DNA of 64,000 nucleotides from contig OY970342.1 in assembly GCA_963717505.1 (NCBI GenBank), positions 1,952,001 to 2,016,000 on the forward strand, in the 5' to 3' direction. Made by a program: the position numbers and the translations under genes. Of this stretch, positions 47,328 to 56,182 are shown piece by piece. The notes under the pieces were generated by a model that saw only the letters and a program-made list of their open reading frames with translations, was not told where the DNA came from and ran no database searches. This DNA is from Candidatus Eiseniibacteriota bacterium. Lineage in GTDB: Bacteria; Eisenbacteria; RBG-16-71-46. The number at the start of each line of letters is the position of its first letter. Positions within the stretch are counted from its first letter, which is position 1.

Positions 47328-48074
47328 AGATTTCCATCCTGACCATCTTCCCCGAGTACTTCGGCGCGCCCTTCGCCGAGGGCATGATCCGGCTCGCGCT
47401 CGAGAAGGGTCAGCTCGAAACCTCGATCGTCGGCCTGCGCGACTTCACCGACGACAGTCACCGCACCACAGACGACTATCCGTTTGGCGGTGGGGCCGGA
47501 ATGATCATGAAGGTCGAGCCGATCGATCGGGCTTTGGCCTCGTTGGAGATCGGCCAGCGCGGCGCACGGCCACCCGGTGCGCGCGTGGTCGTGCTCTCGC
47601 CGCAGGGCCGGGCCTTCACGCAGCCGGTCGCCATCGAGTATTCGCAACTCGCGCACATCGTGCTGATCTGCGGTCGCTACAAGGGCGTCGACGAGCGGGT
47701 CGATCGAGCACCTCGCCGACGAAGAGCTTTCAGTCGGCGACTTCGTGCTGTCGGGCGGCGAGCCGGCGGCGCTGTGCGTGGTCGACGCGGTCGCGCGCCT
47801 GTTGCCCGGCGTGGTCGGCACGTTCGATTCGGTCGAGTCCGACTCGTTTCACTCGGGGCTGCTCGACGCGCCCTACTACACGCGCCCGGCCGAGTATCGT
47901 GGCTGGAAGATTCCCGAGGTCCTGCTCTCCGGGCACCACGGGGAGATCGCGAAATGGCGGCGGGCCGAGTCGCTGCGCCGGACGCTCGAACGCCGGCCGG
48001 ACCTGCTGGAGGAGGCCGAGATCACCGAGGCCGAGCGACGCGCGACGGGGATCGCCCGAAAACAGGACGCTTGA
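47324..48074 (+). CDS. trmD: tRNA (guanine37-N1)-methyltransferase, interrupted by a one-base insertion near 47700-47702
   Basis: Frame 1: [27 protein letters not shown]; +1 frame: [39 protein letters not shown]. Confidence 0.93.
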
Positions 48075-48103
48075 AAATAGGGTCGAGGATGTAGGCTCTG
48101 GCC

Positions 48104-50944
48104 ATGCTTCTGGCCGTCCTCGCCGCTGCTTCCCTGACGGGCCCCGCGCCGCGGGAGCTGCCGGTCACGCCGCTCGGACAGTGCACCATCAGCCAGTGCG
48201 GGTCTGCGGCTCACTGGGACGATCCGCCGCCGCACGCGCTGGCGTGTCCGGGGCTCGACGGCACCCCGGTGGGGCCGATCACCATCACATTGGACTGCAT
48301 CGGTCCACAGTGCGAGCCGATCACCTGTTGTCAGTTCATCGACCCCGACGAAGTGGCGCTGCAGCTCTGGCCACGTGGTACCTGCGACACCGGACCGCCA
48401 GGGATATCGGCTGCGGTCCAGCCGCCCCACGCCATGTCTCGCGATGCCAGCAAATGCAAGTACGTGGTCGCCGGCGTGTTCGGCCGGCTGCGCAGCACCG
48501 AGAGCACCGCCACGTATTCGGAGCGGGTGGTCGCCGCCTATCGAGGCGGCGCGGGCTGGTCGGTGATCCTCGACGGGAACGAGGATTGCCAACAGGTCAC
48601 CCACTGCTACCCGGTCAAGGTCAACAGCGTCGACCTGAATCAGGATTGCTTCGTCAACACGGAAGACATCGCGGTGCTCGCGGACTATTTGCCCCCGAAC
48701 CCCTATGACCCGCGCGGCGACCTGAACATGGACGGCGTGGTGAACGGCGGAGACCAGGGGGTCATCGAGGCGCATATGGGGCATGGCTGCCTCTCGTTCC
48801 CGGTCGAGGGGTCGTTGGAGTTCTTCAATACCAACCGATTCACTTACCCGCCGAACAGTCCACAGTGGATCGGTGGATCGTCCGACGTGCTGCCCCCGAC
48901 GCCTGCGGCGGTCTGTGCCGACGGCGCCACCGACGCGACCCTCCTGGCCTGGTCCGGCCCGTTGGAGGTCGGTACGCTCAGCGACGTCCACATGCGCATC
49001 AAGGAAGATCCGACTGGGACCAGCGCGGACGAATTCGGCAGCCTGACGTTCGATCGAATCGAAGACGGCAAGACTATCTGGCGCTACGCGCATCCGACGC
49101 GGATGACGACTTCAGGGCTCTTCGGCTGGGCACGGATCGAGGTGTTCAATACCGCCGCCAACGACTACGTTCTGGTCCAGCATGCCGTGCGCATCTATCG
49201 GCCGCCGGTGGCGATGATCCACGGCCTGTGGGCCGATCGCACGACATTCGGAGCCCTCGAGCAACATCTCCTGAATTCGGATCAGTGGACCGAAGCCCTG
49301 CTCTATCGGCACGACTACAGCCCGACGAACGATCAGAGCTTCCTGACGAATGCGCTGGTGGGGCGGAGCGCCGTCGCGTCAGCCATTGCCCGCGCGGCCG
49401 CCGCAGGCATTTCGGCCGGGCGCGTCGATATCGTGGCACACAGCATGGGCGGCATCCTCTCGAGGTTGTTCCTGCAGAACGCGGGATACAACGACGACAT
49501 CCACCGGCTCATCACGCTCAACGTGCCGCACTCGGGAAGTCAGTTGGCGGACTTCGTGATCTTGCAGCCGAACATCGCGTTCCTGCTGGCGATTTCCGGA
49601 CGCAATCCCTATGGCGGCGCGCTCGCGGACCTGAGAGTGCTGAGTGACGCCACGATCGAATACCTCAACGGCCCGTCTCTGAACCTGAACAAGGCACCCA
49701 GTCACGTGGTCACTACAGAGGCAAGTTCCGTGACCGGAAGCAGCACAGAGGCGATCATCGCCAAGTATGTCGCCCAGATCGGCCTTTCGTACACCGACAT
49801 CTTCCACGACCAACCGAGCGACCTGATCGTTCCGGTGGCGAGCCAGCAGGGCGGTCTCGGTGGGGGCCGCGAGTCGTTCTTCCTTGGACCTTGGCACAAC
49901 GCCGCGCCTGGGGACCCCGCAGTCTTGGAACGAGTCCGAATGCTGCTGAACGCCGACCGGACTTCGACTGCGATCTTTTCGCAATTCGGTTTTGCTCCGC
50001 CCGTGTTGACGCCTTGGCCCTTCTCGCCCCAGCCCGCGACCGCCATCGCCGGTGCACGAGCAGGAACCTCTGAGTCCGTCGCGATCACGAGCCCGGCGGA
50101 GGGCTCGGTGGTGAATGCCGGCGCGACGATCACGGTCAACGTCACGGGGAGTGCGGGGATTACGGCCATCCAGGTCGCGGCGGGAAACGCATCGCTGCCG
50201 GTCTTCACGGACCTCAAGCAAACGCCAACCGCGAGCTTCAGCTACTCCATTCCCACTGAGGCGGTGGGCGAGGTGCGAATCGGGGCGCTGGGCTATTCGG
50301 GATCGACCCCGACGGCACTCGACTCCGTGAACATCAACATCAACGTCGCAGCCGGCCTGGATTCCATTGTCGTGTCGCCGGCCCGGGCCTTTCTCTCGAC
50401 GGGTGGACAGACTTCTGTTGCGGTTGCCGGCTACTACGCCGACGGAATCGAGCGCACCTTGACCGACATCGAGGGGGTCTCCTTCTCGACCGTGGACACC
50501 ACGATCGCGCGCTTCGACGCACCTGGCCTCGTGGTCGGTGTCTTCGAGGGGCAGACCTTCGGGATCGCTTCCTTCGGTGGTTACGCGGACACCTGCACGA
50601 TCGTGGTGAGCGGCGTCATCAACGTGGGCCTGCCGGGGCTGGATCCCGGTGCCGCGTTGCCCGGCTCTTACCATCTGTCGCGAGGCGTTCCGAATCCGTT
50701 TCGCTCGTCGATCGCGCTCGAGTACAGCCTCCCGCAGGAAGGCGACGTCGAGCTGGCGGTGTACGACGTCGGCGGGCGGCGGGTCCGCACGCTCGTCCAC
50801 CGGCGCATGGCCCCCGGTACCCACGGCGTGACGTGGGACGGGCGCCATGGCTCCGGCCTGGGCGCCGACGCCGGGATCTACTTCATGCGCCTGAGCGTGG
50901 GGGGCGAGGTCCGCCGGACCCAGAAGGTCGTCCTGCTGAAGTAG
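48104..50944 (+). CDS. Secreted multidomain protein: Cys-rich/dockerin-like module, PGAP1-like alpha/beta hydrolase, Ig-like domains, FlgD-Ig/T9SS-like CTD
   Basis: Signal peptide; DLNQDCFVN..D and DLNMDGVVN..D loops; IHGLW, AHSMGG, PHSGS, SDLIVP; C-terminal PNPF...VYDVGGRRVRTL...WDG...GIYF...KVVLLK. Confidence 0.78.
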   Translation: MLLAVLAAASLTGPAPRELPVTPLGQCTISQCGSAAHWDDPPPHALACPGLDGTPVGPITITLDCIGPQCEPITCCQFIDPDEVALQLWPRGTCDTGPPGISAAVQPPHAMSRDASKCKYVVAGVFGRLRSTESTATYSERVVAAYRGGAGWSVILDGNEDCQQVTHCYPVKVNSVDLNQDCFVNTEDIAVLADYLPPNPYDPRGDLNMDGVVNGGDQGVIEAHMGHGCLSFPVEGSLEFFNTNRFTYPPNSPQWIGGSSDVLPPTPAAVCADGATDATLLAWSGPLEVGTLSDVHMRIKEDPTGTSADEFGSLTFDRIEDGKTIWRYAHPTRMTTSGLFGWARIEVFNTAANDYVLVQHAVRIYRPPVAMIHGLWADRTTFGALEQHLLNSDQWTEALLYRHDYSPTNDQSFLTNALVGRSAVASAIARAAAAGISAGRVDIVAHSMGGILSRLFLQNAGYNDDIHRLITLNVPHSGSQLADFVILQPNIAFLLAISGRNPYGGALADLRVLSDATIEYLNGPSLNLNKAPSHVVTTEASSVTGSSTEAIIAKYVAQIGLSYTDIFHDQPSDLIVPVASQQGGLGGGRESFFLGPWHNAAPGDPAVLERVRMLLNADRTSTAIFSQFGFAPPVLTPWPFSPQPATAIAGARAGTSESVAITSPAEGSVVNAGATITVNVTGSAGITAIQVAAGNASLPVFTDLKQTPTASFSYSIPTEAVGEVRIGALGYSGSTPTALDSVNININVAAGLDSIVVSPARAFLSTGGQTSVAVAGYYADGIERTLTDIEGVSFSTVDTTIARFDAPGLVVGVFEGQTFGIASFGGYADTCTIVVSGVINVGLPGLDPGAALPGSYHLSRGVPNPFRSSIALEYSLPQEGDVELAVYDVGGRRVRTLVHRRMAPGTHGVTWDGRHGSGLGADAGIYFMRLSVGGEVRRTQKVVLLK

Positions 50945-50949
50945 GCCAC

Positions 50950-50978
50950 TGGATTCCCGGCCGCCCTTTCCCTATACT
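50950..50978 (+). promoter_or_regulatory. Putative sigma70 promoter TGGATT-N17-TATACT for rplS-rnhB
   Basis: Near-consensus -10 at 50973-50978 with 17-bp spacer. Confidence 0.5.
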
Positions 50979-51064
50979 CGCGCGCCGCTTTCAACCGCCC
51001 GGTCCCCCCGCGCAGGATGACGCGCCACGTGTGCCGGGCCGTTTCGTGTAGAAAGGAACCCACC

Positions 51065-51475
51065 ATGGGCCTCATCGAGAAAATAGAAGCCGCCCAGCTC
51101 AAGACGGCGCTGCCCGATTTGCGGCCCGGCGACAACGTCGAAGTGTCGGTCCGCGTCATCGAAGGCGACAAGGAGCGACAGCAGAAGTTCCGCGGCGACG
51201 TGATCAACGTCCGTGGCGCCGGAGTCCGCAAGACGTTCACCGTGCGCAAGATCTCGGAAGGCATCGGCGTCGAGCGGACGTTCCCGATCCACAGCCCGTC
51301 GATCGCCGAGATCAAAGTGCTCAAGCACTCGAAGGTGCGCCGCGCGAAGCTGTTCTACTTGCGCAAGAAGAGCGGCAAGAACGCCCGCCTAACCGAAAAG
51401 GCCGACGCGAAGTCGTCGGCTCCGGCCGAGACGCGCAAGACCAAAGCCGAGAAACCGGAACCCGTCACGGCGTGA
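51065..51475 (+). CDS. rplS: 50S ribosomal protein L19
   Basis: RPGDNVEV, EGDKERQQKF, TFTVRKISEGIGVERTFP, KVRRAKLFYLR; AAGGA SD. Confidence 0.97.
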   Translation: MGLIEKIEAAQLKTALPDLRPGDNVEVSVRVIEGDKERQQKFRGDVINVRGAGVRKTFTVRKISEGIGVERTFPIHSPSIAEIKVLKHSKVRRAKLFYLRKKSGKNARLTEKADAKSSAPAETRKTKAEKPEPVTA

Positions 51476-52104
51476 CTCAGGCCGCGTGGCGCCATCTGGC
51501 CCGCGCGGAACGGCGCCTCGCCGGCGAGGCGCGATGGGTCGCGGGCGTCGATGAAGCCGGCCGCGGTCCGCTGGCCGGTCCGGTGGTCGCGGCTGCGGTC
51601 GTCCTGCCACTCGGTCTGCGCTGGGAAGGGCTCGACGACAGCAAGAAACTCGAGCCCGCCGCACGTGAAGGTTTGTACGCCCGAGTCCGATCCGAGGCTC
51701 GGGCGTTTGCTTGGACGGTGATCGGTTCGCGCCACATCGACTTCGCCAACATCCGCCGCGCGAGTTTGAGAGCCATGGCGCGCTCGGTCGAGAAGCTGAC
51801 CCAGACGCCTGACCTGGTGCTGGTCGACGGCGCGGATCGGATTCCGGGTCTCCGCCTCCGGCAGGAAGCCGTGATCGATGGCGACGCGCGCATGCTGTCG
51901 ATCGCCGCGGCGTCGGTGTTGGCCAAGGTGGTCCGCGACCGGATCATGGAACGGCTCGACCGCGTGTGGCCCGGCTATGGCTTCGCCAAGCACAAGGGCT
52001 ACGGCACGCCGGAGCATTTGGAAGCCCTTGCGCGGCTCGGTCCGTGCCCGATCCATCGCTATTCGTTCTCGCCGGTGTGCGAGCTGGAATTGCCCCTGGT
52101 TTAG
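51472..52104 (+). CDS. rnhB: Ribonuclease HII
   Basis: AGVDEAGRGPLAGPVVAAAV, DSKKL, LVDG, SIAAASVLAKV, KHKGYGT, HRYSF. Confidence 0.96.
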   Translation: MTQAAWRHLARAERRLAGEARWVAGVDEAGRGPLAGPVVAAAVVLPLGLRWEGLDDSKKLEPAAREGLYARVRSEARAFAWTVIGSRHIDFANIRRASLRAMARSVEKLTQTPDLVLVDGADRIPGLRLRQEAVIDGDARMLSIAAASVLAKVVRDRIMERLDRVWPGYGFAKHKGYGTPEHLEALARLGPCPIHRYSFSPVCELELPLV

Positions 52105-52155
52105 CGAGCCCTGCCGAGCGGAACAAAATCCATCCGCCCCCGCGGAGCCTGTCCC

Positions 52156-52503
52156 ATGGGAATCGCACGCGCACGCGGCGGCGCCGGTGAAGCACTGGCG
52201 GCCGCCTACCTCGAGCTGGTCGGATTCGAGATCGTCGAGCGCAATCACCGCATTGCCGGCGTCGAGGTGGACTTGGTGGCCCAGGACGATCGAGCGCTGG
52301 TGCTGGTCGAAGTGAAGTTCCGGGGCCGAACCGACTACGGGGGCGCGGCGGCCTCGCTCGCGGCGAAGCAGCGCGAGCGCCTGTTGCGCGCCGCCTCGGT
52401 GGCCGCGGCTCGTGGCGCGGCGGTGCGCGTCGATGTCGTGGCGATCGAACGGGTCGAAGACGGTGCCATCCTCCGTCACTTCCGGAACGCCCTGGCCGAG
52501 TGA
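52156..52503 (+). CDS. yraN: YraN-family (UPF0102) putative endonuclease
   Basis: GEALAAAYL, ERNHR, EVDLVA, LVEVKFR, RVDVVAI; follows rnhB. Confidence 0.88.
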   Translation: MGIARARGGAGEALAAAYLELVGFEIVERNHRIAGVEVDLVAQDDRALVLVEVKFRGRTDYGGAAASLAAKQRERLLRAASVAAARGAAVRVDVVAIERVEDGAILRHFRNALAE

Positions 52504-52561
52504 CGCCGGGCCGGCGCTCGATTCCGCCCGAGGCGCCGGCACCGTGTAGGATCACCGGCCC

Positions 52562-53905
52562 ATGGCGAACCTTCCCCGCTTCGGCCGCCTGAGAATCCCG
52601 GACCGGATCACCCAGCGCTGGCGGGCCCGGTTGCGCGCCCAGCGCCGATGGTGGCGCGAGCGCTGGCGCGTGTTCTCGGGCGACGCCGTGCTGTTCCCGC
52701 GCGAAGGCCACGGCATGGTCGCGGTCGAGACCCTGGCGGGCCGACCGGCCGGCAACGCATCAACTCCCAGTTCGCCGCGCATCGCGATCCTGCACGCCAC
52801 CGCCGGTAACGGCCACAAGCGCGCCGCCCAGGCGCTGGCGGCGGCGTTCAGCGCGCTGAGCCCGGGCGTCACCGTCCGCGAGGTCGACACGCTGGTGTTC
52901 GCCTCGCGCCTCTATCGCGGCACCTACGCGGCGTCGTACAACGCGATGGCGGCACGGGCGCCGCGGCTGTGGGGCGCGCTCTATCACTCGTGGGAGCTGG
53001 TGCCGGTGAATCGTGGCGCCGGCCCGGCGCGCCTGGCGCTGGACCGGCTCAACCTGCGCCGTCTGGTGCGGGTCGCGGAGCGCGAGCGGCCGGACGCGAT
53101 CGTCTGCACGCACTTCCTGCCGGTCGAAGCGCTGTCGCACGCGCGCGGCACGGGCAAGGTGCGCGTACCCCTGTTCTGCGTGATCACCGATTTCACCGCG
53201 CATCCGTTCTGGGCGTTCCCCAACGTCGACCGCTATTTCGTCGCGAGCCCGCACGTGGCCGACGAGCTGGCGGCACACGGCGTGCCTCGCGACTCGATCC
53301 AGGTGACCGGCATCCCGATCGATCCGCGCTTCTCGCGAACCGTAGGCCGCGAGGCAGCGCTCGCCGAATTCGGTCTCGACCCTGGCCGGCCGGTCGTGCT
53401 GTTGATGGGCGGCGGTAGCGGCGTCGGCCCGATGGCCGAGCTGGCGCCGCGGCTCGCGCGCCTGCCGGTGGCGCCTCAGGTCGTGGTCGTGTGCGGCACC
53501 AACGAGGCTTTGCGTCGCGAGGTCCAGAAACAGGGGCCGCGGCTACTCGCGCTCGGTTTCACCGACCGGGTCGATGCGTTGCTCGAAGCCTGCGACGTCG
53601 TGGTGAGCAAGGCGGGCGGACTCACGTGCTCCGAGGCGCTGGTCAAGCGGGCGCCGCTGGTCGTCTATCGGCCGACGCCGGGTCAGGAAGTGCGCAACGC
53701 CGAGTTCCTCGAGTCGGTCGGCGCCGCCAAGCACGCGGACTCGATCGAGGAAGTCGAGCATCTGGTCCAGCACTGGATCGCCAATCCCAGGGAGCGCGAA
53801 CGCGTGCGCGAGGCCGCCGGCCGGATCGCGACGCCCAATGCGGCAGAGGCGATCGCACGGTGCGTGCTCGATTCGCTTCCCAGCCAGCTCGCACGGAGCG
53901 CCTGA
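52562..53905 (+). CDS. Diacylglycerol glycosyltransferase (UgtP/MGDG synthase, GT28-like)
   Basis: GNGHKRAA, PDAIVCTHFLP, VITDF, TGIPI, LLMGGGSG, SKAGGLTCSEAL, PGQEVRNA; alternative start at 52715. Confidence 0.85.
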   Translation: MANLPRFGRLRIPDRITQRWRARLRAQRRWWRERWRVFSGDAVLFPREGHGMVAVETLAGRPAGNASTPSSPRIAILHATAGNGHKRAAQALAAAFSALSPGVTVREVDTLVFASRLYRGTYAASYNAMAARAPRLWGALYHSWELVPVNRGAGPARLALDRLNLRRLVRVAERERPDAIVCTHFLPVEALSHARGTGKVRVPLFCVITDFTAHPFWAFPNVDRYFVASPHVADELAAHGVPRDSIQVTGIPIDPRFSRTVGREAALAEFGLDPGRPVVLLMGGGSGVGPMAELAPRLARLPVAPQVVVVCGTNEALRREVQKQGPRLLALGFTDRVDALLEACDVVVSKAGGLTCSEALVKRAPLVVYRPTPGQEVRNAEFLESVGAAKHADSIEEVEHLVQHWIANPRERERVREAAGRIATPNAAEAIARCVLDSLPSQLARSA

Positions 53906-53913
53906 GTTCGAAC

Positions 53914-54870
53914 ATGGTGAAGGCCGCCGAACCAGCTCCATCCACGCTGATTCGCAATGCGCTCGACGGTGATCGCGCCGCATTGGCGCGCGCCATCTCC
54001 TGGGTCGAGAACGAAGCCCCGGGTGCGGCAGCGGTGCTCGACGCCTGTTTCGCGAAGAGCGGGCGCGCGCGGCGGATCGGCATCACCGGCCCGCCGGGCG
54101 CGGGGAAGAGCACGCTGGTCACCCGGCTCGCGAAACTGTGGCGCGAGCGCGGCGAGACGGTGGCAATCGTTGCCGTGGACCCGACCAGCCCGTTCAGCGG
54201 CGGTGCCCTGCTCGGCGACCGCGTGCGCATGATGGAACTGGCCGGCGATCCCGGCGTGTTCATTCGCTCGATGGCGACGCGCGGCAGCCTGGGCGGGCTC
54301 GCGGTCCACACCGCGCAGGTGTGCGACGTGCTCGACGCCGCCGGCTTCAGCCGCATCCTGATTGAGACCGTCGGTGTCGGGCAGAGCGAGCTCGAGGTGG
54401 CCGAAACCGCGGACTCGACCGCGGTTGTCCTGGTGCCCGAGTCGGGCGACGGAGTGCAGGCGATGAAAGCCGGGCTGATGGAGATCGGCGACCTATTCGT
54501 GATCAACAAGGCCGACCGCGAAGGCGCCGAGCGCGGGGCGTTCGCTGTGCGCTCGGCGCTGGAGCTGCGCGCCGCGCACGCCGACTGGGATCCGCCGGTG
54601 TTGCTGACCGTGGCATCACAGGGGACTGGCGTCGCCGAAGTCGTCGATCAGTTCGAAGCGCACCTGGCGAATCTGGAAGCCGGCGGAGGACTGGAGCGTC
54701 GCCGGCGCAAACGGCTGGAACAGCGCTTCGAGGATCTCCTGCGGTCGCAGCTGTGGAGCGATTTTCGAGCTTCGCTATCCGACGAAGAGTGGCGACACGT
54801 GCTCGAGGACCTGGCGGCGCGACGGATGACTCCCCATCAAGCGTTGGCCAGAGTCCTACCGACTCGGTGA
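53914..54870 (+). CDS. meaB: MeaB/ArgK GTPase chaperone of B12-dependent acyl-CoA mutases
   Basis: GITGPPGAGKST, VDPTSPFSGGALLGDRVRM, FIRSMATRG, IETVGVGQSE, KAGLMEI, NKAD. Confidence 0.95.
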   Translation: MVKAAEPAPSTLIRNALDGDRAALARAISWVENEAPGAAAVLDACFAKSGRARRIGITGPPGAGKSTLVTRLAKLWRERGETVAIVAVDPTSPFSGGALLGDRVRMMELAGDPGVFIRSMATRGSLGGLAVHTAQVCDVLDAAGFSRILIETVGVGQSELEVAETADSTAVVLVPESGDGVQAMKAGLMEIGDLFVINKADREGAERGAFAVRSALELRAAHADWDPPVLLTVASQGTGVAEVVDQFEAHLANLEAGGGLERRRRKRLEQRFEDLLRSQLWSDFRASLSDEEWRHVLEDLAARRMTPHQALARVLPTR

Positions 54871-54894
54871 CATCGCTCGACCTGGCACGGAAAG

Positions 54895-54903
54895 TTATCC
54901 ACA
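54895..54903 (+). promoter_or_regulatory. Single perfect DnaA box TTATCCACA
   Basis: Exact 9-mer in the intergenic region; isolated, function unproven. Confidence 0.35.
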
Positions 54904-54921
54904 TCGACTCGTTCTGGAGCG

Positions 54922-54964
54922 AGTTGCGTTAGGCAGGACTAACGCAACTTGCCTTGCGGCAAGT
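54922..54964. terminator. Overlapping inverted repeats between convergent genes (probable bidirectional terminator; 11-6-11 dyad)
   Basis: AGTTGCGTTAG-gcagga-CTAACGCAACT (54922-54949) and ACTTGCC-ttgc-GGCAAGT (54947-54964; GCAA tetraloop on the minus strand). Confidence 0.6.
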
Positions 54965-54981
54965 GAGCAAAGCGTTCAGCC

Positions 54982-56028
54982 CTAAGGCTTGCGCACCAGC
55001 GTGTAGGTCGCGAACAGGTCCTTCTCGAGATTCATGGGTTGTTCGCCCTGGTCCCAGCCCAGCGCGTGGCCCATCGCCCGCGCCGCGGGTGAGTCGTCGC
55101 GATCGAACTCGATCACCCGGAAGCCGGCCGACTCCCACAACGCGCGCGGAAACGGGCAACGCCCGTCGGCCCACGGCTTGTACTGCTGGCCGGGCGGACT
55201 CGGCGCCGGCGCCAGGTTGTAGATCATCACGAAGCCGCCGGGTTTGACGATCGACGCGAGCGTGCGCACGTAGGTGGTGTCGTCGACGCCCAGATGCACC
55301 AGCATTCTCGGGTTCACCGGTTGCGCCGGATGGATGTAGCCGTTCTTGAGCGTGTTCTTCGAGATGAACAAGTCCAAATTGCGCCCGACCTGGCGCGCGA
55401 TCGACGTGTCGCCAGGGAAACTTCCGGTCACCAGCGTGACGCGGCCGGACTTGCCACCCGCGCCGCTCACCGGGCCTTGATCGCCCGGCTGGCTGTAGAG
55501 CTTGGCCAGCAATAGATCGACGTCGATGCCGGTCGCATCGGCTCCGAGTGCGGCCAGCAGTTTCAAATGGCCGATCGTGCCGTAGCCGTAGTCGGCGATC
55601 CGCCGGCCGGCGACGTCGGTGAATCCGGCTTTCGACAGGATCTCGAGCGCGCGCACGTAGGCGAGCGGCGTGCCGTACCGGGTCATGTAGTAGAAACCCT
55701 CGTCGAGCGTGCGCGTGACCAACCGAGCGCGAATGGTATCGGGCAAGGTCGCGGCTTCTTCCGAGGTCCAGTAGCGCGTACGAGCCGAGTCGTGGAGCAC
55801 CGTGCGCGGGGCGACATTCTTCAGTGTGGTGGTCGCGTCGAGAAAGGCGCGGGCGAGCTGCGTGGTCACCAGAGGCCGGAGGCTGTCGGCCTCGGCTCGG
55901 ATCTCGCCGACGACCGTGGTGTCGGCCGGGGCAGCCGCGGACCGGGCGGCGCCAAGCACGATGACAAGTGCTGTGATGCCTACGGCTTCGACGGCCGGGA
56001 GTCGGAAGGGCTTCACGGGCGCGATCAT
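54982..56028 (-). CDS. Exported protein with class I methyltransferase-like fold
   Basis: Signal-like VGITALVIVLGAARSAA-A; IADYGYGTIGHL motif I-like, ATGIDVD, VKPGG. Confidence 0.6.
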   Translation of the reverse strand: MIAPVKPFRLPAVEAVGITALVIVLGAARSAAAPADTTVVGEIRAEADSLRPLVTTQLARAFLDATTTLKNVAPRTVLHDSARTRYWTSEEAATLPDTIRARLVTRTLDEGFYYMTRYGTPLAYVRALEILSKAGFTDVAGRRIADYGYGTIGHLKLLAALGADATGIDVDLLLAKLYSQPGDQGPVSGAGGKSGRVTLVTGSFPGDTSIARQVGRNLDLFISKNTLKNGYIHPAQPVNPRMLVHLGVDDTTYVRTLASIVKPGGFVMIYNLAPAPSPPGQQYKPWADGRCPFPRALWESAGFRVIEFDRDDSPAARAMGHALGWDQGEQPMNLEKDLFATYTLVRKP

Positions 56029-56182
56029 AGGCAGACAGAAGTAAATTCCCCGGATGAATCGGACGAGCGCGGTGATAGACTTTACCGCGTCGAGACTGCA
56101 CGGCTGTGTCTCCCCGCCAGCCACACCCGGTCGGGCCGTCTGCGCCGCGCCGCAACGTCGGCCCGAGATGTTGGAGGGCCCC

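Noticed and set aside
53411-53418. ops/JUMPStart-like GGCGGTAG
   Set aside because: Lies inside the UgtP coding motif GGGSG, not in a leader of the polysaccharide operons
54883-54898. sigma54-like TGGCACG
   Set aside because: The -12 GC is missing (TA at that position) and it lies between convergent genes
54895-54903. Replication origin
   Set aside because: Only one DnaA box, no AT-rich unwinding element and no dnaA/dnaN context
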